From NCBI GenBank assembly GCA_965207735.1, contig OZ242296.1:2912001-2976000 (forward strand): DNA of 64,000 bases, read 5' to 3'. The position numbers and the translations under genes are program-made. Below the pieces are notes generated by a model, which did not search any database, had not been told where the DNA came from, and worked only from the letters and a program-made list of their open reading frames with translations. This document shows positions 37,584-47,156 of this stretch, one piece after another; position 1 is the stretch's first letter; each line of letters starts with the position of its first letter. This DNA comes from Candidatus Versatilivorator sp. Its GTDB lineage: Bacteria > Acidobacteriota > Terriglobia > Versatilivoradales > Versatilivoraceae.

Positions 37584-39860
37584 ATGAGACCAAGAAACCT
37601 TTACCTGCTATCGGCTCTGGCTGTGCTGGCGCTGCTGGCATTCAGCCCTTCAAACGCGCTTCCCCAAGACCGGGCCAGCCTGGTAGGGGGTGTGTTCGAT
37701 CTTACCGGCGCACCGCTCCTGGACGCCACGGTCTTCGTGAAGAACCTCGAGACCGGACTGGAAGTGTCCCGGCAAGTCGACTCTCAAGGTGAGTTCTCGC
37801 TGGATGTCCGGGTGGGGCGCTACCGGGTCAGCGCGGCTGTGAATGACTTCCAGACGGCTTCCGAGACGGTTGACCTGACCGGCGGCGCGAGCGGCCCCCT
37901 GGTGCTGAAGTTGGCTCCGGCGATTCTGACGCAGTCCATTATCGTGACCGGCTCTCGCGAAGAGGAATTGCGGGAGGATTCGGTAACCAAGGTGGATCTG
38001 ATTGCGCGAAGCCAACTGCTGGATTCGGGATACGAACGTGTGAGCGACATCCTGTCCGAGGAAACTGGAATTGTGACCCGTACCGACAGGTCGCCGGGCT
38101 CTCGGGCCGGGACCCAGATTCAAGGGGTGAACTCCAGGCAGTCCCTGATCCTGCTCGACGGATTTCCGGTTGTCGGGGCTCGAGGGGTGAAAAGCGGCAT
38201 CCTCAACATGAATCGCCAGTCGACCAATCGCCTCGACCGGGTAGAGATCGTCAAGGGCGCCTCCTCGGCTCTCTACGGATCGGACGCGATCGCCGGCGTC
38301 ATCAACATGATCACGCGGGAGCCCCGTCAGAAGTTCGATGCGAACCTGAGCAGCTCGATCGGATCCCGCGGCGCCGCCGACCATCGCGCCGACGCGGGTT
38401 TTGTCCACGAAGACTGGTCGGGGTTCTTTTCCGCCGAGCGCCACAAGCGCAACCCCTACGACCTGACACCCCAGAATTACGATACGACCGGACCGGGGTA
38501 CCGCAGGTACGACTACATGGCGAAGATCACACGCGACATCTCCAACAACGTCGACCTCAGCTTGCTGGCCAACGCATTCGACAACCGCGAGATCAGCGTG
38601 TACTCCGGGAGATCCGGAAGTCAGTCCACCACCACCAATGACAGCGCCATCAACTATGGCTTGACGCTGAATGCGGGTTTGTCCCCGTTCACACAGTTGC
38701 AGGCCCGCGGTTATTACGGAAAGTACGACGAAAACTCGGCCCTGGATCTCTTCAACGTTCCGGGGACCATCAACGACACCGCCAACCTGAACGAACGCCT
38801 GTACCGGTTCGACGCCAACGTTTCTCACGTCCTTGGCAGACGCCAACTCCTCCAGGGAGGCATCGACGTGATGAGCAACGAGTACCGCGGATACAACCGT
38901 GTGCTCGGCGACAACGCCGGACAGTCGGTCCGCATGGTGGACGCCTGGTTCCAGGACCGCATCCAGGCGCATCCCCGGTTGAGCCTGACGGTCGGGGGCC
39001 GACTGACCCACCACTCGGCCTTCGGAACCCACGCGGTTCCCAGAGTCGGCATGTTGTACCGGGCGTCGGACAAGTTCCGCCTGAGGGCTTCCTACGGACA
39101 CGGCTTCCGTGCTCCGGATCTTGGGCAGCTTTACTACCGCTTTCTCACCTCTTCGGGTACCTATCAGATCATCGGCAATCCGTCCCTGGAAGCGGAATCC
39201 TCATCAACGACCCAGGTCGGCTTCGACAGCAACATTACTGAGCGGTTGCAATTCAGCTCCACCTATTTCCGGAACGGGATCAGGAACTTGATCGACACCC
39301 AGTTGCTGGGAAGACCGCGGACACCGGCACAACTGGAGAGGCTGATATCGGAGTTCAACATCGATTCGGCATTCGGCCCGGGATTGAACCGGTTGACCTA
39401 TCTTTACCGGAACATCGAAAACGTATACACCACCGGGCTGGAGAACAAGCTTGAGTTCCGACTCACCAACAATCTGCTGGTCTCCACCGGCTACACCTAT
39501 CTCGAGGCCAGGGACAAGGAGACCGGGGACTTTCTGAGCCATCGTCACAAACACCACGGGAACTTCCGGGTGTGGTGGTCGACCGATCGGCTGGGAGGTC
39601 TGCGCACGAACTTCCGTGGAACCTACCTGGGCAAGTGGCCCATCGTCGGCCGTAGCGCCACACTGGTGGCCGACGCCTACCAGATCTGGGACTGGTACTT
39701 CGCCAAGCCTCTGGGAGCCGGGTTCGAGCTCTACGGGCTGGTCGACAATATTTTCGACTCGATCGATTCGAACCTCGACAGTCCCAATCCCACCTTCTAT
39801 CGAGCCGACCCCGGCCGCGGCTTCCGCATCGGGATGCGCTGGAACTTCGGCGTGGAGTAG
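37584..39860 (+). CDS. TonB-dependent receptor (CirA/BtuB-like) with N-terminal carboxypeptidase-regulatory-like domain
   Basis: Signal peptide; 'IIVTGSR'; 'RVEIVKGASSALYGSDAIAGVINMIT'; 'GFRAP', 'GNPSL.AE'; C-terminal beta strand. Confidence 0.95.
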   Translation: MRPRNLYLLSALAVLALLAFSPSNALPQDRASLVGGVFDLTGAPLLDATVFVKNLETGLEVSRQVDSQGEFSLDVRVGRYRVSAAVNDFQTASETVDLTGGASGPLVLKLAPAILTQSIIVTGSREEELREDSVTKVDLIARSQLLDSGYERVSDILSEETGIVTRTDRSPGSRAGTQIQGVNSRQSLILLDGFPVVGARGVKSGILNMNRQSTNRLDRVEIVKGASSALYGSDAIAGVINMITREPRQKFDANLSSSIGSRGAADHRADAGFVHEDWSGFFSAERHKRNPYDLTPQNYDTTGPGYRRYDYMAKITRDISNNVDLSLLANAFDNREISVYSGRSGSQSTTTNDSAINYGLTLNAGLSPFTQLQARGYYGKYDENSALDLFNVPGTINDTANLNERLYRFDANVSHVLGRRQLLQGGIDVMSNEYRGYNRVLGDNAGQSVRMVDAWFQDRIQAHPRLSLTVGGRLTHHSAFGTHAVPRVGMLYRASDKFRLRASYGHGFRAPDLGQLYYRFLTSSGTYQIIGNPSLEAESSSTTQVGFDSNITERLQFSSTYFRNGIRNLIDTQLLGRPRTPAQLERLISEFNIDSAFGPGLNRLTYLYRNIENVYTTGLENKLEFRLTNNLLVSTGYTYLEARDKETGDFLSHRHKHHGNFRVWWSTDRLGGLRTNFRGTYLGKWPIVGRSATLVADAYQIWDWYFAKPLGAGFELYGLVDNIFDSIDSNLDSPNPTFYRADPGRGFRIGMRWNFGVE

Positions 39861-40012
39861 CCGGATCGGTTCGTAAGCGGGGGCGGTTCACCCAAGAGAC
39901 GAGGTCGGGACCGCCCCCAATCCCCCACGCACGGCAGTCGGGCGGCGTCTTCGCCGAGCCGTCCATTCGGCTGCCGTCAACCTTCCGTCAACCTTCCTCC
40001 AAGCAAGGAGTG

Positions 40013-40143
40013 GAGCCATTTGCAAAATTCGGCGCCGCGATCTTTACTGGGAATGGCCACAAAAGGCACAAAAACACCAAGAGGCAGAACAACACGTTCG
40101 CTGGCACAATGGCCTGCCCCGCTACGAATTTTACAAAAGGCTC
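40013..40143. mobile_element. MITE (131 bp)
   Basis: 19-bp TIR GAGCCATTTGCAAAATTCG / CGAATTTTACAAAAGGCTC (2 mismatches); AGTG duplicated at 40009-40012 and 40144-40147. Confidence 0.7.
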
Positions 40144-40225
40144 AGTGTTTTTCGGTCCCTTTTTCGCCATAATCGGAGGCATGCGGAGACACCCCGCAAT
40201 CGCCGGCCTGAAAGGAGGCTGATCC

Positions 40226-40591
40226 ATGAAACCACTATCCACCTTTTCCTGGGACGACGTGAAGCTGGACCCCTGGCCGATTCCGGCGGGCAACATTCTG
40301 GGAGGCAGCCCCGACGCCTCCGGAGCCTTGGTCTTCATGACCGAGGACAAGACCTCCTGCAGCGGCATCTGGCAGTGTCTGCCCGGCCAGTTTCGATGGG
40401 AGTACACCTGGAACGAGACCATCTACGTCCTGGCCGGAAAAGGCGAGATTCGCTCGGAGGACGGGGAGTGCTGCCCGATCGTGCCGGGAAAGATGCTGCA
40501 CTTCAGCGAAGGGCTCCGCTCGGAGTGGACCATCGAGGAAACGGTGCGCAAGTTCTTCTGCCTGCAGTCCGACCGACCGCTGCAGCTCTGA
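40226..40591 (+). CDS. cupin domain protein (DUF861/EutQ-like)
   Basis: 'GIWQCLPGQF...ETIYVLAG...G.RSEWTIEETVRKF'; GGAGG RBS. Confidence 0.9.
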   Translation: MKPLSTFSWDDVKLDPWPIPAGNILGGSPDASGALVFMTEDKTSCSGIWQCLPGQFRWEYTWNETIYVLAGKGEIRSEDGECCPIVPGKMLHFSEGLRSEWTIEETVRKFFCLQSDRPLQL

Positions 40592-40647
40592 ACCTGGCCG
40601 GGAACGCTTGGGGTGAGGGCGCGGTCGCCCCAGCATGAAAGCGGTCC

Positions 40648-41538
40648 TCAGGCGCCGTAGCGGGCCGCCAGCCCTTTCAGTTCGCTCAGGTACCGGGGGA
40701 CGGCTGCGACCGGATCTTCCTCGCCCTCGTACTCGAGCGCCAGATAGCCCTTGTAGCCGGCGGCGGCCAGAGTCTGGAGGATGCGGCCCCAGTCGGCCGG
40801 AACCGGCTTTCCCTCGGGGTTGGTCACTCGGGTCTTGACCTGCACGTTTACCGCGTAGGGCGCGCAGGCTTCGATCTGCCCATAGGGGTCCTGCAGGAAG
40901 TTGCCCGTGTCCAGGTTGACCCCCACCCAGGGCGAGTCCACCCGCTCCAGGATTCCGATCATCGTCTCCGCTCTGGCGGTGATGCCTCCGTGGTTTTCCA
41001 GACCGAGGATCACTCCCCGCCTGCCCGATTCCTCGGCCGCCCGGCCCAGCACGGAAACAGCCCAGTCGGCCGCCTTCTCCAGGCTGGCCCCCGGGGGCGT
41101 GTCTCCCCCGAAGATTCGAATATGCCCGGCGCCCAGCCTGTGGGCCACCTCGATCCACTTGCGGATCTCCTGCAGTTCCTTGGCCTGCTCCTGGGGCGTG
41201 GGGCGGCAGAGGTCGGTCCGAATCGAGATACTGTAGATCTCCACCGCGTTCCGATAGGCCAGCCGCTTGAGGGGCAGCAGGAAATCGTCTCCCGTGCTCG
41301 GGAACCAGTAGACGGTCAAGTCCAGGCCGTCGATCTCCTGCTCCACCGCCATGTGAACCAGGTCTGCATAGGTCAGAGCTTTCGACTCCAGCGGCGTCCT
41401 GAAGGAATAGGCGCAGATGGCGGTCCGCATGCGGGAAGCGTTTTTTGTGGTCGGGCGGGCGACGCCGACCGGCAGGGGGGATCCCAGGGAACCGGCAAGC
41501 AGGAAAGGCGCGGTTCGCAGCAGTTCTCGACGGTGCAT
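40648..41538 (-). CDS. sugar phosphate isomerase/epimerase (xylose-isomerase-like TIM barrel), Tat signal
   Basis: 'HRRELL'; 'LENHGG', 'NLDTGNF', 'YKGYLALEYE'. Confidence 0.88.
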   Translation of the reverse strand: MHRRELLRTAPFLLAGSLGSPLPVGVARPTTKNASRMRTAICAYSFRTPLESKALTYADLVHMAVEQEIDGLDLTVYWFPSTGDDFLLPLKRLAYRNAVEIYSISIRTDLCRPTPQEQAKELQEIRKWIEVAHRLGAGHIRIFGGDTPPGASLEKAADWAVSVLGRAAEESGRRGVILGLENHGGITARAETMIGILERVDSPWVGVNLDTGNFLQDPYGQIEACAPYAVNVQVKTRVTNPEGKPVPADWGRILQTLAAAGYKGYLALEYEGEEDPVAAVPRYLSELKGLAARYGA

Positions 41539-41572
41539 GGAGGCCTCCAGGGGAGATGGGCGTGAGTTTATT

Positions 41573-42691
41573 TCAGTACTCGCTGGACAACCAGCGATCG
41601 AAGAAGTCGTACGCTTCCTGGCGCACTGCGGCCGGAAATTCGTGGCTGACTTCCGGATGCCTGGCCACCAGCCGGTCGGGGCTGTGGAAGAGGCGCTCAT
41701 AGACCGGCAGGGCGGCTTCGATGCATTCCCTGACGCCGGCAACGGCGAAGTTGTGGTCTCCCACCGGGGCCGAGATGAAGACGGGCCGGGGAGCCAGAAT
41801 GCCCAACACCTCGGTGAAGTCGAAGGGCATGCGCCCGGCGTCGCTCCCGTAGAGTTGGGCGATGCGCGGCATGTACCCCCGGTGGCTCCAGCCCCTCAGG
41901 TCACCGCCGTAGTAGTGGCGGAAGGCATTGAAGCCGCAACTGGTGGCCGCCGCCTGCACTCGCGGTTCGAAGGCCGAGAGGAAGAGGGCGTTGTGACCTC
42001 CCAGGGAGTGGCCGATGACGCCGATCCTGCCGGGGTCGACTTCCGGCAGCGATTGCAGCAGATCGATGGCCCGGCGATGGTTGAGGATGCCCTTCATGGT
42101 GGCGCTGGCGTAGCCCATGGCGTAGGGATCGATCTTGTAGTCCCCGAACCCCGGGTAGTCGGGCGCCAGGGTGACGTAGCCCCGCCGCGCCAGTTCCAGG
42201 GCGTAGTGCAGGTCGGTCTTGCCGCCCAGCCCCGCAGGTTCGGCCTTGCCGATGGCGGTGGTCTGGTGGAGGCAGAGCACGGCGGGAGCGGTTTGCCCTT
42301 CCGTCAGCCCATCGGGAATCAGCAGGTAGGCCGGGACCCGGTCCGGCTCCCCCTCCACCACCTGGCTGACGAAGGTGATCTTCCGGCGCTCGACTTGCGG
42401 AAGTTTCTCGACTTCCAGAACCTGAACCTCCAGCGGGTCGTCGGGAAGCCGGGGAAGAGTCCCCATCACCTTCTGCATGTTCTGCAGCGTGTGGATTCGG
42501 CGAATGTCCCAGTGGGTGCGGCTCTCGATGGGATGCGCCCTGCCCTGCCGGTCCAGGTAGTGAAGCAGATCCCGCTTGTCCGGGTAGACGGGAGCTTCCG
42601 GGGCGGCGCAGGCGGCCAGCCAGAGAAAAACCCAGCACAGGGCGAGGCGGCCCGCGGCCGCCCGGCCTGGTTGATCCATCAGGTCTTCCAT
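41573..42691 (-). CDS. alpha/beta hydrolase lipoprotein (esterase-like)
   Basis: 'LAAC' lipobox; 'VLCLHQT', 'GHSLGG', 'LAPRP'. Confidence 0.85.
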   Translation of the reverse strand: MEDLMDQPGRAAAGRLALCWVFLWLAACAAPEAPVYPDKRDLLHYLDRQGRAHPIESRTHWDIRRIHTLQNMQKVMGTLPRLPDDPLEVQVLEVEKLPQVERRKITFVSQVVEGEPDRVPAYLLIPDGLTEGQTAPAVLCLHQTTAIGKAEPAGLGGKTDLHYALELARRGYVTLAPDYPGFGDYKIDPYAMGYASATMKGILNHRRAIDLLQSLPEVDPGRIGVIGHSLGGHNALFLSAFEPRVQAAATSCGFNAFRHYYGGDLRGWSHRGYMPRIAQLYGSDAGRMPFDFTEVLGILAPRPVFISAPVGDHNFAVAGVRECIEAALPVYERLFHSPDRLVARHPEVSHEFPAAVRQEAYDFFDRWLSSEY

Positions 42692-42716
42692 TGATCCTCC
42701 CGGCGGGCCCTGCCGG

Positions 42717-45700
42717 TCAATGCAGGTTGGCCCCCTGCAGATAGGCGATCAGGTCGGCCATCTGCCGGGGGGTGATGCCGTCCTCGAATCCGTCGGGCAT
42801 CAAGGATACGCTGGAGGCCCGCACGTCGGCGATGGCGGCCTTCAGCAGGGTGAGATCCTCGGCCTCGGGGCGCCGCAGGGTCAGGCTGTTGGAGGTTTCG
42901 TTGACGATGAGTCCGTCCAGCAGCCGGCCGTCCCGGGTTTCCACCAGGTAGTTGGTGTAGGCGCTTTCGATGACCTGGCCGGGATTCAGGATGGACTGCA
43001 GCAACTTGACCCGGGTGTCGCTGCTCACCCCCGACAGCGCCGGACCGATCCGGGGTCCGCGCTCGGGCAGATGGCAGGTCTTGCAGTGCTTTTGGAAAAC
43101 GGCTTCGCCCTCCTCGGCGCTGCCTGTCCGCTCCAGCACCGGCAGATACTCCTGCACCGCTTTTTCACGGTCTCGGCCGGAGTCGCCCAGCAATTTGCCG
43201 GCGCGGGCAGCCACCCGGGGATCGGGGTGGCTGAGCAGCTTTTCCTTGCGGGCCCAATCCAGGGCGCCCACCTCGATGGCTCCGGACTCCAGCGACTCCA
43301 GTAGCAGCCCCAGCCGTTCCTGGCGGTCGAGCAGCAGGTCCAGCACCTGATAGCGGGCCTGAACCGGATAAGCCTTCCAGTGCCGCAACAGCAGTTGCCC
43401 GGCCGCGCTCCCCGGGAAAGCGTCCAGGGTCTCCAGGGCCGCCTTCAGCAGCCTCGGGTCCAGCGGGGCGGCCAGCAGCCGGTCGAAGAGGGGCGCCGCC
43501 TGCCGGAAGGTGTGGTTGCCCAGGGCGTAGATGGCCAGTTCCCGCCGGTTGGCGGGCAGCGACGGATTCAGGGCCTCCTGCCCGGCCCGGGGAAACAGCC
43601 GGGGCATCCTGAACTGCACCACCATGGCCCGGGCCGCCTGGTGCGCCTCACTGGAGCCGGCCGCCATCAGCCTCCGGGTGATCCTCTCGGCACCGCCAAT
43701 CTCCCCGCGGGGTGCTCCGGCCATTTTCTGCCCGCGGGTCAGCCCCCGGGCGGCAGCCGTCAGCCACTCTTCTTTCCTGAACAGACGGTCTCTGGAGACC
43801 CTGGCCAGCAGGGCCTCGATTTCCGAGGACCGGTTGCGGGCGCCGATCACCGAGGCCAGCTCGGCGAAGAAGGGGATCGCTTCGGCATCCTCCCGCGCCA
43901 GCCAGTCCCGAGAGGCCAGCAGACTTTCCAGCATGGCGCCGGAGGACCCCACTTCCGAGCTCAGCACGGCCGTCCGAAACCAGGGATTTCCGGAGTGGTC
44001 TCGGGCCAGCCCGGCCAGCGCCCGCACCACCCCCGGGCCCGAGAACTCGCCCAGGCTCAGGGCCAACTGGAAGCAAACCCGGGCCGAGGGGTCGTCCACC
44101 ATGTGGGCCAGCCGTCCTGCCAGCTCCGGAAAGGCCTCGCTCAGCCGCACGGCATGCACGCGCACCTCGGGGTGTGCGTCCTCCAGCGCTGCCTTCAAAT
44201 GAGTCGCCTCCAGCGCCCCAAGCCCCTCCAGGAGGTTCAGCGCGTGCAGCCGAGCCTGGGGAGAGACATGGCCTGCAGCCATGGCCGCCAGCCGCGGAAC
44301 CACCACCCGGTCCTGCCGTTCCACCAGCAGGCGGTGAGCGGTGAGGCGCCACCAGATGTTGGGATGAGCCAGATGCGTGACCAACTGCTCGGAAGACCGG
44401 CTTGACAGTTGCACTGGCGTTTTGGCCCGGGGCGGCGCCGTTCGAGGTACGATCCGGTAGATCCTCCCCATGCGGTCGCCGCTGTAGAAGTCGATGTCCT
44501 CCTTGAGGAATTCCGGCACCGACTCGGGGGTTTCGATGAACTCGCGGTACATGTCCAGCATGTAGAGGGCTCCGTCGGGACCGTTGGCGAAATTGCAGGG
44601 TCGGAACCAGACGTCGGTCGAGGCCAGAAACTCCCGGTCGGTCTCGCCGGGAGGGCGGCTGGCGAGGTAGCTGACACCGTCGGGCCGGATCAGGTCCCGG
44701 TGCACCAGGTTGGCGCTGACGTCGCCGGTGAAGAGGTTGCCGCGGTAGGCCCGGGGGAACAGGTCGCCCCCGTAGATGGTGCCTCCGGCGGCCCCGCTGA
44801 AATAGCCCCCGGCGTGCTCCACCCGGTCCAGCTTGTTGTCCTGGTAGCGCTGCTGCCGCATGCGGGTGCGCACCCGGCGCCAGCGCTGGGGTCGGGTCAG
44901 GGGGAAGATGCGAACCAGCGGCTTGCCGTGGTCGGAAATGTCCAGAGCCGGCTTCCCGGCCACCAGGAAGGGGTTGCGGCGCAGGTAGCGCCAGGGAAAC
45001 ACCACGTGGCGCACATGGGTGGTGTTGGAGGTGATGAAGCGGTTTCCCCAGTCGTCCATGGCGATGCCGAACTGACCCGGGCCGGAAGAGGGCTCGAAGA
45101 GGTTCCGGTCCAGGCGAAAGCGAAAGTCCGCCCCCTGGACCGAGATCGGGGGCGCGTCGGGCCGGCGGCTGAAGGCGATCTCTCCCGTGCGGCCGTTGTT
45201 GGAGGCATAGATCCAGTTGTCCACCCCAAAGCGGAGGTTGGTGATGCGGGCCTCGGGGTCGACCAGGGCGAAACCGCTGAAGAGGACCTCGCGCCGGTCG
45301 GCCCGGCCGTCTCCGGTGGTGTCTTCGAGGTAGATGATGTCGGGGGCGGCCGTGACCAGCAGGCCGCCCTTCCAGGGGAGCACGCTGGTGACCTGCTGCA
45401 AGCCGTCGGCGAAAATGCGGGACCGGTCCGGGCGGCCGTCTCTGTCGCTGTCCTCCAGCAGGCGGATGCGGCTTCGGGGCTGTTGACCGGGTTCCGGATC
45501 GTAGGGAAGATCCAGCATTTCAGCCACGAAGATCCGGCCCTGGGCGTCGAAGGCCATCTCGACCGGGTCCACCACCTCCGGCTCGGAGGCAAACAGCTCC
45601 ACCCGGAAGTCGGGATGAACCTGCATGCTCTGCAGCGACTCCTGGGGAGAGCGGGGCGCCGCATCCTGGTGGCGGGAACAGCCCGTCGGGAGCAGCAGAA

Positions 45701-45758
45701 TCACTCCCAGGATCCAGATCGACTTCAGAGGGTGTCCCCCGCGGGTCGGCAAATTCAT
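42717..45758 (-). CDS. PVC-type heme-binding CxxCH membrane-associated dehydrogenase-domain protein
   Basis: 'ELFASEP.VVDPV', 'WFRP', 'GPDGALY..DMYR', HEAT-like repeats, 'CKTCH', 'SLMPDGFE'. Confidence 0.92.
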   Translation of the reverse strand: MNLPTRGGHPLKSIWILGVILLLPTGCSRHQDAAPRSPQESLQSMQVHPDFRVELFASEPEVVDPVEMAFDAQGRIFVAEMLDLPYDPEPGQQPRSRIRLLEDSDRDGRPDRSRIFADGLQQVTSVLPWKGGLLVTAAPDIIYLEDTTGDGRADRREVLFSGFALVDPEARITNLRFGVDNWIYASNNGRTGEIAFSRRPDAPPISVQGADFRFRLDRNLFEPSSGPGQFGIAMDDWGNRFITSNTTHVRHVVFPWRYLRRNPFLVAGKPALDISDHGKPLVRIFPLTRPQRWRRVRTRMRQQRYQDNKLDRVEHAGGYFSGAAGGTIYGGDLFPRAYRGNLFTGDVSANLVHRDLIRPDGVSYLASRPPGETDREFLASTDVWFRPCNFANGPDGALYMLDMYREFIETPESVPEFLKEDIDFYSGDRMGRIYRIVPRTAPPRAKTPVQLSSRSSEQLVTHLAHPNIWWRLTAHRLLVERQDRVVVPRLAAMAAGHVSPQARLHALNLLEGLGALEATHLKAALEDAHPEVRVHAVRLSEAFPELAGRLAHMVDDPSARVCFQLALSLGEFSGPGVVRALAGLARDHSGNPWFRTAVLSSEVGSSGAMLESLLASRDWLAREDAEAIPFFAELASVIGARNRSSEIEALLARVSRDRLFRKEEWLTAAARGLTRGQKMAGAPRGEIGGAERITRRLMAAGSSEAHQAARAMVVQFRMPRLFPRAGQEALNPSLPANRRELAIYALGNHTFRQAAPLFDRLLAAPLDPRLLKAALETLDAFPGSAAGQLLLRHWKAYPVQARYQVLDLLLDRQERLGLLLESLESGAIEVGALDWARKEKLLSHPDPRVAARAGKLLGDSGRDREKAVQEYLPVLERTGSAEEGEAVFQKHCKTCHLPERGPRIGPALSGVSSDTRVKLLQSILNPGQVIESAYTNYLVETRDGRLLDGLIVNETSNSLTLRRPEAEDLTLLKAAIADVRASSVSLMPDGFEDGITPRQMADLIAYLQGANLH

Positions 45759-45892
45759 GAGCCGAAGTACCCGATACGCAAGACCTCTTCGCGGCGCTCA
45801 GCGGTCTGCCTGGCCCAGTGCCGCACCGCCCGGTCCACCTCCGGTCTATCGGGCCATTTGATCAGTGACGAAGTCGATGATTTCACGGGCAT
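45755..45892 (-). pseudogene. minimal nucleotidyltransferase (MNT) N-terminal fragment
   Basis: 'MPVKSSTSSLIKWPDRPEVDRAVRHWA...VLRIGYFGS*' stops at the FGS motif; overlaps the HEPN relic's 3' end. Confidence 0.7.
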
Positions 45893-45977
45893 AGCCGATG
45901 GCCTCAGTACTCTGCAACTTGCCGTAGTGATGGAAGGGCGCCCCCTCCGCGTGACTGTTGGGATACCTGGCTGGAAT
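45846..45977 (-). pseudogene. HEPN domain protein C-terminal fragment
   Basis: 'IPARYPNSHAEGAPFHHYGKLQSTEAIGYAREIIDFV' is a HEPN (RYP-type) C-terminus; no start codon. Confidence 0.7.
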
Positions 45978-46873
45978 CAGGAAAGCTTCAAGAGATGCGC
46001 CGCGTTTTCGTAGCAGATCTTGCGCACCGCGCCCGGGTCGGGTGCCAGCCGCCGCACGGCCGCCAGCCCCTTGAATCCGATGCATCCGTCTCCCTCGCCC
46101 AGGGTGTCGGGGCAGTCGCTGGCCCACAGCAGCCGATCCTGGTGGCGGTCGAGGAAGCCGCGGGCATGGTCCTCGTCCCGCAACAGCGAGTTCAGCCCGG
46201 AATTGGCCGAGAGGTCCCCATACATGTTGGGATAGTCGGAAAGCAGCCGATCACTGATGCCGCCCCGGGTGACCGGAGTCCTGGGATAGAGGGTCTCCTG
46301 ATCGTGGTGCAGGTCGATGTTGCCCCACCATCCTTGGGCATGGCCGATGAAGTTCACCTTGGGAAACTTTTCCAGCATCTTGTGAAAGCGCTCAAACCCC
46401 GCGTTGTAGGTCTCGTGCTGGAAATGCAGCAAGACCGGGACATCGAACTCCCGGGCAATGGAATAGACCAGTTGCATCTCCCTGGAGTCGCACTCCACCT
46501 TGAACTTCTGTTCGCCAATCCCCCGGGCGCCCATCTTGAGGTACTCTTCCAGGACCGCGCGGGTCTCCGGAAGATCGGGCAGTTCGTTGGCGAAGTAGAC
46601 GAACTCGTCGGGATACTGGCTCGCCAGGTTCACCACCGAATCGTTGCCCCAGGCATCGGCCGCCAGGCCGTAGCGGGAGCCTGCCGGGAGCAGCACCGTC
46701 CTGGCCACGCCGAGCTTCCGCTGGTGGGCCACCAGGTCGGCGTCGCTGCGTGCGAGATAGTGGGTGTGCTGGTGGAAATCGATGATGGCGGTGCCGGGCG
46801 AACGGCTGCAAGCCGCCAGGCCCGCCAGCGTTCCGGCCGCCGCCAGAAACTCCCTGCGGTCCATGGTGCTCAT
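45977..46873 (-). CDS. amidohydrolase family protein, Tat signal
   Basis: 'DRREFL'; 'IDFHQH', 'GIGE.K', 'VPVLLH', 'IGHA', 'LLWASD'. Confidence 0.88.
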   Translation of the reverse strand: MSTMDRREFLAAAGTLAGLAACSRSPGTAIIDFHQHTHYLARSDADLVAHQRKLGVARTVLLPAGSRYGLAADAWGNDSVVNLASQYPDEFVYFANELPDLPETRAVLEEYLKMGARGIGEQKFKVECDSREMQLVYSIAREFDVPVLLHFQHETYNAGFERFHKMLEKFPKVNFIGHAQGWWGNIDLHHDQETLYPRTPVTRGGISDRLLSDYPNMYGDLSANSGLNSLLRDEDHARGFLDRHQDRLLWASDCPDTLGEGDGCIGFKGLAAVRRLAPDPGAVRKICYENAAHLLKLS

Positions 46874-47156
46874 GGCCAATGCCCCGCCACCGGAATAGAA
46901 CCCCGGTCCCATCCCCGGACTTGCCCGTTCAAGTCCCTGAAGGGAGCGAGACCCTCCTTGCGCACAGGCTTGTTCCGTGGCTGTTCATTATAGGCCAAGT
47001 GCAACCGCGAGTGCTGCGGGCATTCGGTGGGCTTCCGCTCGGGCGGCGTCCCCATATAGCCGTGGGCGCAAACCCAAGGGAAGCGGTAGAATGTCGGGAC
47101 CGTGTTCTTGCGACACCCTGGGAGCCGAGGCTGAAAGACGGAAAGGAGCCAGTTCC

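Noticed and set aside
47000-47100. Possible structured ncRNA between divergent genes
   Set aside because: Only a degenerate REP-B-like GCCGTGGGCG..ACCCA hairpin; no further support
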